From positions 36,906 to 100,905 of the forward strand of contig JAVHPE010000095.1 of the NCBI GenBank assembly GCA_036170475.1: a stretch of 64,000 nucleotides of DNA, read 5' to 3'. The stretch's first letter is position 1, and each line of letters opens with the position of its first letter. The DNA is from Bacteroidia bacterium (GTDB lineage: Bacteria > Bacteroidota > Bacteroidia > 2-12-FULL-35-15). The translations under genes were made by a program, and so were the position numbers. This document shows, in pieces, positions 10,228 through 19,162 of this stretch. The notes beneath the pieces are model-generated. The model was not told where the DNA came from. It did no database searches and saw nothing but the letters and a program-made list of their open reading frames with translations.

Positions 10228-10872
10228 ATGAAAACGGGTATCACTTTATTTAGTGTATTTTTAGCGTTAATCTTATTTACTTCGACAGAAGAAATAAATG
10301 ATCAGGACAGGCGAATCTTTAAAATCGTAAAAATAAAAAGCCAAAAATGGATGGCTGAAAACCTGAATGTAAGTTTCTATCGAAATGGAGATTCAATACC
10401 ACAAGTAAAAAGTGGGACTGAATGGTCGAAACTAAAAACAGGCGCCTGGTGTTATTATGCAAATAAATTAGAAAATGGAATTAAGTATGGTAAATTGTAC
10501 AATTGGTATGCGGTAAATGACCCTCGGGGATTAGCGCCTAAAGGTTTTCATATACCATCAGATGATGAATGGGATCAGTTAATCGCTAACCTTGGACAGG
10601 AAGAGGCAGGAGTAAAAATTAAAGCGAAAAGAGGTTGGAAAATAACTGAATATGCGACAAATGAAAGTGGATTTTCAGGTCTGCCGGGTGGTTACAGATA
10701 TAATGTCGGACCCTTTCTTTATGAAGGGAATAATGGATGCTTCTGGAGTGCTACAGGCTCACAAAATAATAAAGCATGGGGGCGCACTTTGAGCCATAGT
10801 GTAAGTGATATGGGTAGAGATGATGGCAGTATGGGCAGTGGCTTGTCAGTTCGTTGCATTTTGGATGAGTAG
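10228..10872 (+). CDS. FISUMP (Fibrobacter succinogenes major paralogous) domain lipoprotein
   Basis: 214 aa with a signal peptide. Has the hallmark motifs KYGKLYNWYAV, GFHIPSDDEW, GLPGGYRY and CFWSAT. Confidence 0.7.
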   Translation: MKTGITLFSVFLALILFTSTEEINDQDRRIFKIVKIKSQKWMAENLNVSFYRNGDSIPQVKSGTEWSKLKTGAWCYYANKLENGIKYGKLYNWYAVNDPRGLAPKGFHIPSDDEWDQLIANLGQEEAGVKIKAKRGWKITEYATNESGFSGLPGGYRYNVGPFLYEGNNGCFWSATGSQNNKAWGRTLSHSVSDMGRDDGSMGSGLSVRCILDE

Positions 10873-10907
10873 ATAGCAATGCAAAAATAATTTCTTAAAA
10901 ATAGCTT

Positions 10908-11342
10908 ATGGATGATTTTATGAAAGCCGCTATTGAACAGGCAAAGGTAGGCAATAGTCAAAATGGAATCCCGATTGGAAGTGTATTGGTAAAGGAAGGG
11001 GAAATCATAGGAGTTGGCCATAATAAACGGATACAGGATAATGATCCGGTAACTCATGCCGAGATTGACTGTTTGCGAAATGCAGGGCGGGTAGGTAATT
11101 ATAAAGACGCTATTTTATATTCCACACTAATGCCTTGTTATTTATGCGCAGGAGCTGTAGTTCAATTTGGGATAAAAAAGGTGTATGCAGGTGAATCCGA
11201 AACATTTCCTGGTGCTAAAGAATTTATGCAGGCTCATGGTGTAGAGGTTATTGATTTGAATCTGGATGAATGTAAAGATATGATGAAGGAGTTTATATCG
11301 AAAAATCAGAAATTGTGGAATGAAGATATTGGGGAATTGTAA
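10908..11342 (+). CDS. Cytosine/nucleoside deaminase (CMP/dCMP deaminase zinc-binding; yeast FCY1-like)
   Basis: 144 aa. Zinc-ligand motifs HAEIDCL and PCYLCAGA. The C-terminus (FISKNQKLWNEDIGEL) closely resembles yeast FCY1 (FIDERPQDWFEDIGE). Confidence 0.85.
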   Translation: MDDFMKAAIEQAKVGNSQNGIPIGSVLVKEGEIIGVGHNKRIQDNDPVTHAEIDCLRNAGRVGNYKDAILYSTLMPCYLCAGAVVQFGIKKVYAGESETFPGAKEFMQAHGVEVIDLNLDECKDMMKEFISKNQKLWNEDIGEL

Positions 11343-11357
11343 ATTCAGATTGCCGTC

Positions 11358-11852
11358 TCAATCAATATATTTCAGCAGTTCTTCCTTGTTCATTACTCCC
11401 TCAGAAAAAATTAAAAGTCTTTTCTTTTTATCATAGATATGTATGGATGGAGTTACACGCGCTATGGTGTATTTATAATATCGCCTGTCTTTATCCCAAA
11501 GAATATTTATTTGAGGGTACATAATAAGGGCATAATCACTATAGAACTTTTTCAATTCGGAAGAATCTGCCCTTGAGATCAGGTAAAATTGAGTGTGAGA
11601 AAAATCATTTATATTTTTTTTAATGATTTCAATTTCTTCTGCACAATATGGGCAGCCCATCTTAATGAAAATAAAAACTGTTTGTTTTTTTTTCTTCAAG
11701 TCAGCCTGAGTAAAAGCATTTCCATCAATTGTATAATATTGGAATGGAGGCATTACTTTAAGAGAATCGTAATTTATTCTCTTCGCTGATTCCTGGGCAG
11801 TCCCATAAATGCTCAATAGTACTGTGATGAATAGGAAAATATTTTTTTTCAT
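11358..11852 (-). CDS. Secreted thioredoxin/glutaredoxin-fold protein (CPYC active site)
   Basis: 164 aa with a signal peptide. Contains a CPYC redox motif. Confidence 0.6.
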   Translation of the reverse strand: MKKNIFLFITVLLSIYGTAQESAKRINYDSLKVMPPFQYYTIDGNAFTQADLKKKKQTVFIFIKMGCPYCAEEIEIIKKNINDFSHTQFYLISRADSSELKKFYSDYALIMYPQINILWDKDRRYYKYTIARVTPSIHIYDKKKRLLIFSEGVMNKEELLKYID

Positions 11853-11902
11853 CTTGCAAATTTAATTGAAATTGAGACCTGTAATTGCGAAATCGAAAAT
11901 TG

Positions 11903-13150
11903 TTACGAGTGTGGAATCAATCCGGCTTTCTCTCGTTTGTTATAATCCTTTATCAGTAAAGTATACAAAAAAACTCCTATCATATACATTCCGGCTGTAA
12001 TCCAGAAAATGTTTACATAATCAACATTTAAATGTCTAAGAATTCCAAAGCCAATGGCACTAAAATATGCTGAACCGGACCAAAGAGCGGAGGTTAAACC
12101 ACTTACCATTTCCCTATTACGTTCTCCAACATATTTCATGGTAATTTCGGATGTCATAGGCGTTGCCAGACTCATTAAGGGTTGTCGTAATAAATAAAAA
12201 AGAGAAGCGACAAAAACGGCGATATTCAAATAACTGTAATATTGAGTAGTAGCCATTATTATCAAAGCAACTATGGCAAATGATTGTGTTGTCGGTATTG
12301 CTTTTTGATAACCGATGCGTTCTTTAATTCGGGGGACATACATTGCAATAACAGTTACCAAAACAGCGGTAATAAAATTGAGAAACGAAAATGTTGAAGT
12401 ACTCATATTATGTACGTTCGAAAAAAACAAACTCATAAAAGGAATAGTAAAACCAGCACCAATAGCAATAATTGCGGTAGGAATGATTGCACGCATTATT
12501 ATTTTCCAATCATAATCTTTTAAGTTGCTACGCTTTTTTGTGATTATGGGAATATATTCATTTTTGTTTATTCGCAAGACAAAATATATACCCAGAAACC
12601 CCAGAGCAGCAATACTAAACAATAAATTTCGTTCGCTGAAAACAATAGGATTTATGCGATTGAAAATGGCAATTATCAAGCTTCCAATAATACTTGCGAT
12701 ACTCCAAGTTGCAAAATTTAAGGTAATAACAAAAGTATGTTGCTCTCTTGGAGAATTGCGCAATATAAAAGGTAAAATAGGTATTTGAATAAAGGTGTAA
12801 GCTATTCCCCATAATAAATGCGATACCAGCAACAGGGCAGTACTATGAAAATTCACACCGATTAATATCAGTATTGCAAATAATGGAGTTGCAATTGAAG
12901 AAATATAAAACATCGGCACTATTTTTCTGCCTTTGATATGCATCCCAAGAAACAAAGCCAGAACAAGCATTCCTAAATATCTATAAGATGTAAAGTGAGC
13001 ATACTCAGCATCACTATAGTGTTCCGCTTTCATATACAAGGGGAGAATAGCGATAAACGTAACATTAATCAACTGGACAAAAAACTCAACAGTAATCAGA
13101 TTGAGCATGGATTTGTCGAGTTTGAAATATTCCTTTATTGTGGAGAGCAT
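11903..13150 (-). CDS. MFS transporter
   Basis: 415 aa. About 12 hydrophobic segments in a 6+6 arrangement. Confidence 0.8.
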   Translation of the reverse strand: MLSTIKEYFKLDKSMLNLITVEFFVQLINVTFIAILPLYMKAEHYSDAEYAHFTSYRYLGMLVLALFLGMHIKGRKIVPMFYISSIATPLFAILILIGVNFHSTALLLVSHLLWGIAYTFIQIPILPFILRNSPREQHTFVITLNFATWSIASIIGSLIIAIFNRINPIVFSERNLLFSIAALGFLGIYFVLRINKNEYIPIITKKRSNLKDYDWKIIMRAIIPTAIIAIGAGFTIPFMSLFFSNVHNMSTSTFSFLNFITAVLVTVIAMYVPRIKERIGYQKAIPTTQSFAIVALIIMATTQYYSYLNIAVFVASLFYLLRQPLMSLATPMTSEITMKYVGERNREMVSGLTSALWSGSAYFSAIGFGILRHLNVDYVNIFWITAGMYMIGVFLYTLLIKDYNKREKAGLIPHS

Positions 13151-13214
13151 TATTTAATACCAGTTGTAAATTTCAGTTATTTATTTTTATAATTGCAGTA
13201 AAGATATTTTTTTT

Positions 13215-13721
13215 ATGAATTACATTCAACAACTTCTCAAAGAACATTCCCGATCTAATACAGATACTATAGCAAAAGCAATTGGAAACAATGCTGTTGA
13301 ATTCAAAAAAATTATTGATATAATTTACCATGAAAAAGCACCTTTACCACAGCGTGCATCGTGGCTATTGTCGACAATAAATAAAAAGCACCCCGAATTA
13401 TTGAACCCTTATATTCCACTGTTTATTGCCAGCATCCAAAAATTCGATACGGATGGCATCAAGAGAAATATGTTTTTAGTATTGGCCTCGCATAACATTC
13501 CTGAAAAACTGCAAGGTAAGTTGGTAAATCTTTGTTTTGATTTACTGCTTTCTTCAGAGGAAACAGTGGCTGTAAAAGTTCACGCCATGCAAGCTATTGC
13601 AAATATTGCCAAAAAACATCCTGAATTAAAAAATGAATTAAAAGCAGCTATTGAAGATCAAATGCCAAAAACTTCTATCGCATTTCATGCAAGGGCAAAG
13701 CATGTATTGAAAGGGTTTTAG
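13215..13721 (+). CDS. Hypothetical helical (HEAT/ARM-like) protein
   Basis: 168 aa and all-helical. No motif recognised. Confidence 0.4.
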   Translation: MNYIQQLLKEHSRSNTDTIAKAIGNNAVEFKKIIDIIYHEKAPLPQRASWLLSTINKKHPELLNPYIPLFIASIQKFDTDGIKRNMFLVLASHNIPEKLQGKLVNLCFDLLLSSEETVAVKVHAMQAIANIAKKHPELKNELKAAIEDQMPKTSIAFHARAKHVLKGF

Positions 13722-13740
13722 GAATTTTTTATTAAATACA

Positions 13741-13774
13741 AAAAAGCTCCAGAAATAATTCAGGAGCTTTTTTA
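13741..13774. terminator. Bidirectional intrinsic terminator between convergent genes
   Basis: aaaaagctccagaaataattcaggagctttttt. Confidence 0.6.
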
Positions 13775-13791
13775 ACAGGAAAAATAAAAAA

Positions 13792-14976
13792 TTATTTCAG
13801 TCCAATTAATTCAACATCGAATGTTAATTCAGCCTTTTCAGGAATCATTGGTGGACGACCTTGTTCGCCATACGCCAAAAAATAAGGGATAATCAGGCGT
13901 AATTTATCACCAACATTCATCAATGCGATACCTTCATCCCAACCTGCAATAACCTGCCCTTTTCCCAATTCGAACTCAAAAGGTTCATTACGTTCAACGG
14001 AAGAATCAAACATTTTTCCATTAGCTAAATAGCCTGAATAATGCACTTCAACTTTTGTTCCGGCAGTAGCTTTTTTGTTGCTGTTGCTTTTAACTATTTC
14101 ATAATATTTTAACCCGGAAGGTGTTGTTTTCATTTCTTTCCCTGTAATATCAAAAAGTGCCGGAGCAATTATCGGCTGAACATCTAAAATTTCTATATCA
14201 AAAATTAAGTCCGAGTTAGGCGGAATAACAGGAGGATGCCCGGATTCACCATACCCTAATCTGGATGGGATATAAAATTTGAATTTATCTCCTTTGTGCA
14301 TTAGTGCAATACCTTCTTCTAAAGCTTTAATAAGTTGATCTGTTCCCATTTTTACTGTAAATGGTTGTCCGCGTTCTACTGAAGAATCAAATGGCAAACC
14401 ATCTTTAAAAAAGCCGCTGTAATGAAGCGTAACTTTTGTTCCCATTGCAGATTTTTCAGCCAACTTATTTTCTTTTATTATCCAATATTTTAATCCGCTG
14501 GTCATTGTAATTGTATCTTTTCCTTTTACATCCCAAGCAAGTGGATTTTCGACTAAATTCACTAATTCAACATCAAAAATAAGTGTTGAATTAGGAGGTA
14601 TTGGACCTGATTGATTATTACCGTAACCTAAGTCGGGACCAAATTTAATTGTTGCTTTATCTCCAACCTGTAGGAGTAGAAATGCTTCGTCCCAGCCTTT
14701 TACCACCTGACCTGTACCCAGTTTAAATGAAAATACTCCACCATGTTTGGAAGAACTATCAAAAACAGAATCATTTGTTAATTTTCCGATATATTTAACC
14801 ATTAATTTATCACCAATTTTGGGCTTCATACCATTTCCCTTTTCGGTAATGGTATATTCCAAACCAGAAGCTGTTTTAATAGTTTTAGGGTTAATTATTT
14901 TCTCGCTTTTTGCTTTTTCCTGCGCATTTACGCTTGTTGCAATAAATGCCAAAAGAATGATTGCAATTTTTTTCAT
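13792..14976 (-). CDS. FKBP-type peptidyl-prolyl isomerase with three tandem FKBP domains, secreted
   Basis: 394 aa with a signal peptide. Three repeats of the FKBP signature (DSS...G.PF.F.LG.GQVI.GWDE....M.VG.K..L.IP..L.YG). Confidence 0.85.
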   Translation of the reverse strand: MKKIAIILLAFIATSVNAQEKAKSEKIINPKTIKTASGLEYTITEKGNGMKPKIGDKLMVKYIGKLTNDSVFDSSSKHGGVFSFKLGTGQVVKGWDEAFLLLQVGDKATIKFGPDLGYGNNQSGPIPPNSTLIFDVELVNLVENPLAWDVKGKDTITMTSGLKYWIIKENKLAEKSAMGTKVTLHYSGFFKDGLPFDSSVERGQPFTVKMGTDQLIKALEEGIALMHKGDKFKFYIPSRLGYGESGHPPVIPPNSDLIFDIEILDVQPIIAPALFDITGKEMKTTPSGLKYYEIVKSNSNKKATAGTKVEVHYSGYLANGKMFDSSVERNEPFEFELGKGQVIAGWDEGIALMNVGDKLRLIIPYFLAYGEQGRPPMIPEKAELTFDVELIGLK

Positions 14977-15082
14977 AGTAAAAAAACTTTAGTATTTAAG
15001 CTAAGATTTCAAAGTGAGATACTAAATTTTATAAGCAATAAAGAGAGTTGCAAATCTATTATCTACAGTTTATTTAGTAATT

Positions 15083-16075
15083 CTATTGAGCAGGTGTAAA
15101 GCTTATTAATTCTACATCAAAAACCAATGTTGAGAAAGGAGGGATTGGTCCTGCACCTTGTTCTCCATATCCAATGGAAGAAGGAATAATTAATTGTCCT
15201 TTTGTACCAATACTCATCAGAGAAATGCCTTCATCCCAACCCGGGATAACTTTTCCTTCTCCCAAAGGAAATTCTATTGGTTGGTAAGGTCTTCTTTGAT
15301 CGAATACCCCTGCTAGTTTTGCAGCAGCTTCATCACTGGTATCAAAAACACTTCCATCTAACAAACGACCTGTATAATTTACTTTTACTTTACTTCCTTT
15401 TGTTGGTTTAGTTCCATTTCCGGGAGTTTTTTCAATATAGTACAAACCACTTAAAGTGGGTTTAACTGTAATTTTATTCTCCTCCAGATATTTAGCTAAT
15501 GTAGATGGTTCATTATTTTTAAGGCTTTCCATCATCGCTTTTTTCTCTTCCATTTTTTTAGTGTTTTCTTTCTCCGCTTCTTCCTTGGAAGTGATTTTTT
15601 CAAGTTTTACAACAAAATTCAACATGCTTTTTTTTTCAATAAAAGCGGGAACTTCTTTAGAACCAAAAGTTTTAAGAAAGAGAGAATCCGCATTAATCAA
15701 AAAGCTGGCACTATCTCCAGCCGACATCATAGATAAAGCATCTTCAAAACTTCCTTTGAATGTGGGTTTAGCCAAGGGGAATTCGATAAAGTCAGTTCCA
15801 TTCGGATTCTGTTTAGAATCAAATAATATTGAATCTTTGTTGGTTTTATACAACAATACTACTTTAACAACGTCGCTCTCTTTAGGTTTAACACCTTTCT
15901 CATTCTGTTTATAAAATTTAACATACAAGCCATTTTCAGTCTTTTTATAACCCGGATAAGAGGATTTTACAGTTTTTCCGGTAGTCGGGTTATTCCCTTT
16001 TAAACCTTTCCCATTTACCTGAGCATTCATCGTAATTGCTGATAATGCTAAAATAAGGATTGCTACTTTTTTCAT
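15083..16075 (-). CDS. FKBP-type peptidyl-prolyl isomerase (FkpA-like, N-terminal domain plus FKBP), secreted
   Basis: 330 aa. C-terminal FKBP domain (GRLLDGSVFDTS...IEFPLGEGKVIPGWDEGISLM). Tandem paralog of the next gene. Confidence 0.85.
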   Translation of the reverse strand: MKKVAILILALSAITMNAQVNGKGLKGNNPTTGKTVKSSYPGYKKTENGLYVKFYKQNEKGVKPKESDVVKVVLLYKTNKDSILFDSKQNPNGTDFIEFPLAKPTFKGSFEDALSMMSAGDSASFLINADSLFLKTFGSKEVPAFIEKKSMLNFVVKLEKITSKEEAEKENTKKMEEKKAMMESLKNNEPSTLAKYLEENKITVKPTLSGLYYIEKTPGNGTKPTKGSKVKVNYTGRLLDGSVFDTSDEAAAKLAGVFDQRRPYQPIEFPLGEGKVIPGWDEGISLMSIGTKGQLIIPSSIGYGEQGAGPIPPFSTLVFDVELISFTPAQ

Positions 16076-16101
16076 ATTGAATAAATTAGTATTGAGTTCC
16101 G

Positions 16102-17049
16102 TTAAAAACTTATTAATTCAACATCAAAAACCAATGGTGAAAAAGGAGGAATAGGACCTGCACCTTGCTCTCCATATCCTATAGAGGAAGGAATAATTAA
16201 TTGCGCTTTTGCGCCTGCACTCATTAAAGAAATACCCTCATCCCAACCTGGAATAACCTGCCCTTGCCCTAAAGGAAAATCAATTGGTGTATAAGTTCTT
16301 TCTTTATTATAGATACCTGCTTGTTTTGCAACTGCTTCATCACTGGTATCAAAAACACTTCCATCCAATAAGCGTCCTGTATAATTTACTTTTACCTTAC
16401 TTCCTTTAGTTGGTTTAGATCCTTTCCCTTTTGTTTTTTCGATATAATATAATCCGCTTGCAGTAGGTTTTGCAGTAATTTTATTAGTTTCTAAATATTT
16501 TGCAAAAGCTTTAGGTTCTTCATTTTTACGAAGTTCGATCATAGCTTTTTGCTCTTCCATTTTCTGACTGCGTTCTTTGTCTGCCACTTCCTTTGGTGTA
16601 ATTTTTTCAAGTTTTACTTCAAAATTTAGCATCGTTCCTTTTTGGATATAAGGAGGAAGAGTTTTAGTTCTGAAAGTTTTCAGATAAACGGAATCAGCAC
16701 TGATCATAAAGCTGGCGCTATCACCAACAGACATCATTGCCAATGCATCTTCGAAACTACCTTTAAATGTTGATTTACCTAAAGGGAACTCAATAAAATT
16801 AGTACCATTCGGGTTCTTGTTTTTTGAATCAAATAAAACAGAATCTTTGCTGTTTTTATATGCCAAAGATAATTTAACAATATCGCCTTCTTTAGGTTTA
16901 ACTCCCTTTGACTCCTGTTTAAAAAACTTAGCATATACACCGGTTTCGGTCTTTTCATAACCGGCGTATGGTGATTTATTACATGCAGTAACTACTAATA
17001 CAGCGCCAATAGCTGCAAACGCGACTTTTTTAGAAAATTGTTTTTTCAT
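16102..17049 (-). CDS. FKBP-type peptidyl-prolyl isomerase (FkpA-like), tandem duplicate of 15083..16075
   Basis: 315 aa. Collinear and highly similar to the upstream paralog along its full length. Confidence 0.85.
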   Translation of the reverse strand: MKKQFSKKVAFAAIGAVLVVTACNKSPYAGYEKTETGVYAKFFKQESKGVKPKEGDIVKLSLAYKNSKDSVLFDSKNKNPNGTNFIEFPLGKSTFKGSFEDALAMMSVGDSASFMISADSVYLKTFRTKTLPPYIQKGTMLNFEVKLEKITPKEVADKERSQKMEEQKAMIELRKNEEPKAFAKYLETNKITAKPTASGLYYIEKTKGKGSKPTKGSKVKVNYTGRLLDGSVFDTSDEAVAKQAGIYNKERTYTPIDFPLGQGQVIPGWDEGISLMSAGAKAQLIIPSSIGYGEQGAGPIPPFSPLVFDVELISF

Positions 17050-17121
17050 TTTATTTTTGTGAATTTTATTTTTGTGACATTTATTACTAATAAATTTTTT
17101 TCAAGGTGCAAATATAGTATA

Positions 17122-17209
17122 GATTTGAGAATTGAGATGTGAGATTTGAGAAAAAACATTCTTTAATATGGAAAGCTATTTCACATTTCCCATCTCATAT
17201 CTCATATCT
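17122..17209. repeat. Inverted arrays of the same heptamer family (ATTTGAG-type on the left, ATCTCAT on the right) flanking a 40-nt spacer, upstream of an FKBP gene
   Basis: gatttgagaattgagatgtgagatttgag ...40 nt... catctcatatctcatatct. Confidence 0.75.
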
Positions 17210-17470
17210 AACATGTATCTATTTGTTATACACAAGGCGTAAGGAAAAAAGGAAAGAACCCTATAATAAACGGACAAAGCAGACAGAAAAGTGCAATTCA
17301 ATCCGACACACCCCGACCACGCAAAAAGAAAATTTTGTTTTTTTTGCCAACGCACTTTTAAAAACAAGTGACTTTCCCCGCACACCGTCACTCATTTCTG
17401 TTAACTTTGTCACAGTCGCATTTCATAGTAAGAAAAAAAAGAAACGCCCTGGTGCCTAACATCACCTAAG

Positions 17471-17633
17471 TTACATGGCCGTTTATAGTAAGTTTCATCA
17501 TTTGAGTTCGCAATGAAAATAGGGCGTGGCAAAAACCTTTCACAGCGGTAGAAATTTTTAACTATTAGTTTTTGCCACTTGTAATTTTATAATTATTTTT
17601 ACGAAAGCGGCAACAGCCGCTTATTTTGCCGTT
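17471..17633 (+). repeat. Dispersed ~150-nt structured repeat, copy A (contains an 11-bp-stem hairpin gtggcaaaaac..gtttttgccac and a terminator-like hairpin aagcggcaacagccgctt + T-run)
   Basis: About 88% identical to 62047-62196. Overlaps the 3' end of the FKBP gene 17565..18524. Confidence 0.8.
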
Positions 17634-18524
17634 ATGTTTTGTTAAATTCAATAATTCTATTTCGTAAATAACAGTTGTGTATGCAGGAACAATATTGGTT
17701 GAAGAGCCTGTTTCGCCATAAGCAAGGCATGAAGGAATAATAAATTTTGTTTTTGCCCCTTCATTCATTAATCTTATTGCTGTGTTAAAACCTTTAATTA
17801 CCTGTCCTTCCTCGCCAAAATTAAATTCCAAAGGTTCCGCGCGTTCATAAGTAGATTCAAATTGCTTTCCATTTAAAAAATAGCCTTTGTAATGTATTTT
17901 TATCATATCTCCACTCTCCACGTAATCACCGGTACCTTGTTTTATTGGCAAATAATACATGCCATTATCCAGACGGTAAAATTGAGTTTGGTTGGTATCC
18001 AGATAAATCTGAAGCTTGCGTGATTCTTCAATATCGCGGTCTTCAATAATTACATGGTATTTTTCCAATTCGTCAATATATTCTTCTCTGGTTAAAATGC
18101 GATTTAATTTTATATCCATTTTAACAGCAGTTCCCCGATTTAAAAAAAGCGGGAGTTCTGTTTTAAAAAATTCTTTAAAGAGAGAATCAGCATTGACAAT
18201 AAAGGATACACTATCTCCTGCATTCATTTTGGTTAAGCCTTCTTCAAAGCTTCCTACAAAGGAGGATCGATTAAAAGGCAAAATAACCATTCCTGTTTCG
18301 TTACAAGAATAGGTGTCAAAAAAAACAGAATCTTTTAATGTTTTATAGGTAATTTTAAGTTGCAAAAAGTTACCGGGGGAAGGTTTACTCTTCCCGTCAC
18401 CAATCGTTTGTAACTTATAATATAGTCCTGAAGCAGTTTGAGTGTAGCCTTTAAAGGGTGAATTATCCCAACATGAACTTAAGATTGAAGAAATAAATAA
18501 GACAACGGTAACCTTGATATTCAT
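17565..18524 (-). CDS. FKBP-type peptidyl-prolyl isomerase with a C-terminal tail derived from a repeat element
   Basis: 319 aa. The FKBP domain ends at ..VIYEIELLN. The last ~25 aa (TKHNGKISGCCRFRKNNYKITSGKN) are encoded by the dispersed repeat at 17471-17633. Confidence 0.75.
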   Translation of the reverse strand: MNIKVTVVLFISSILSSCWDNSPFKGYTQTASGLYYKLQTIGDGKSKPSPGNFLQLKITYKTLKDSVFFDTYSCNETGMVILPFNRSSFVGSFEEGLTKMNAGDSVSFIVNADSLFKEFFKTELPLFLNRGTAVKMDIKLNRILTREEYIDELEKYHVIIEDRDIEESRKLQIYLDTNQTQFYRLDNGMYYLPIKQGTGDYVESGDMIKIHYKGYFLNGKQFESTYERAEPLEFNFGEEGQVIKGFNTAIRLMNEGAKTKFIIPSCLAYGETGSSTNIVPAYTTVIYEIELLNLTKHNGKISGCCRFRKNNYKITSGKN

Positions 18525-18551
18525 AAACTATTTTAGAAATAATTAGGCAAT

Positions 18552-19076
18552 TTAACGAATAGATAATAATTCAATATCATAAACTACAGAAGATTTTGGA
18601 GGTATTTTGCTATCGTCACCCATTAATCCATGCGCTAAATAGGATGGTAAAATAAAAATCGCTTTATCCCCCACATGAAGGAGTTGAATTCCCTCATGCA
18701 AGCCGCTTTCTACATTATCCTGTCCAATCAAAAAAACCTTAGCCCCTGTTGAATCAGATGAATAGCAAAGTGTTCCATCAAGCAGACTTATTTTATAATT
18801 TACTTTAGCATGTTTATCGGGCAAAGCGGGAGCACCCGTTCCTTTTTTTGTTATTATATAACGTAACCCTGTTCCTGTAGTAGTCATTTTCCAGCCACGA
18901 TGGGCAATATATTGATCAATTTCATCACTTTCCTGCCGAACGTACATTTTATTGGCATTAATCAATTTGTCCTGAAATTCTTTGCCTTGTATATTTGTAT
19001 TCTTCGTTGTTTTTTTATGCCCGTCGCTACAGGATTGAAATACAGAAACGAAAAGTAAAAAGCAAAAGAAGCTCAT
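18552..19076 (-). CDS. FKBP-type peptidyl-prolyl isomerase lipoprotein (GldI-like)
   Basis: FKBP signature (LLDGT...GLHEGIQLLHVGDKAIFILPSYLAHG). Lipobox VFQSC after an internal Met. The ORF could extend to 19166. Confidence 0.7.
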   Translation of the reverse strand: MSFFCFLLFVSVFQSCSDGHKKTTKNTNIQGKEFQDKLINANKMYVRQESDEIDQYIAHRGWKMTTTGTGLRYIITKKGTGAPALPDKHAKVNYKISLLDGTLCYSSDSTGAKVFLIGQDNVESGLHEGIQLLHVGDKAIFILPSYLAHGLMGDDSKIPPKSSVVYDIELLSIR

Positions 19077-19162
19077 CTCAAAGCCTCTTACCTTAATCCC
19101 CTCTCCAAAAGAAAAGGAAAATAAAGTGAGTTGGTTCCTGCCAGCTTTAACTTTCCCCTTTT

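Noticed and set aside
17139-17459. 106-aa ORF (MRFEKKHSLIW...KKKKKRPGA) in the FKBP intergenic region
   Set aside because: The sequence is low-complexity. It overlaps the heptamer repeat arrays and the A/C-rich spacer, and has no recognisable domain. It is most likely non-coding.
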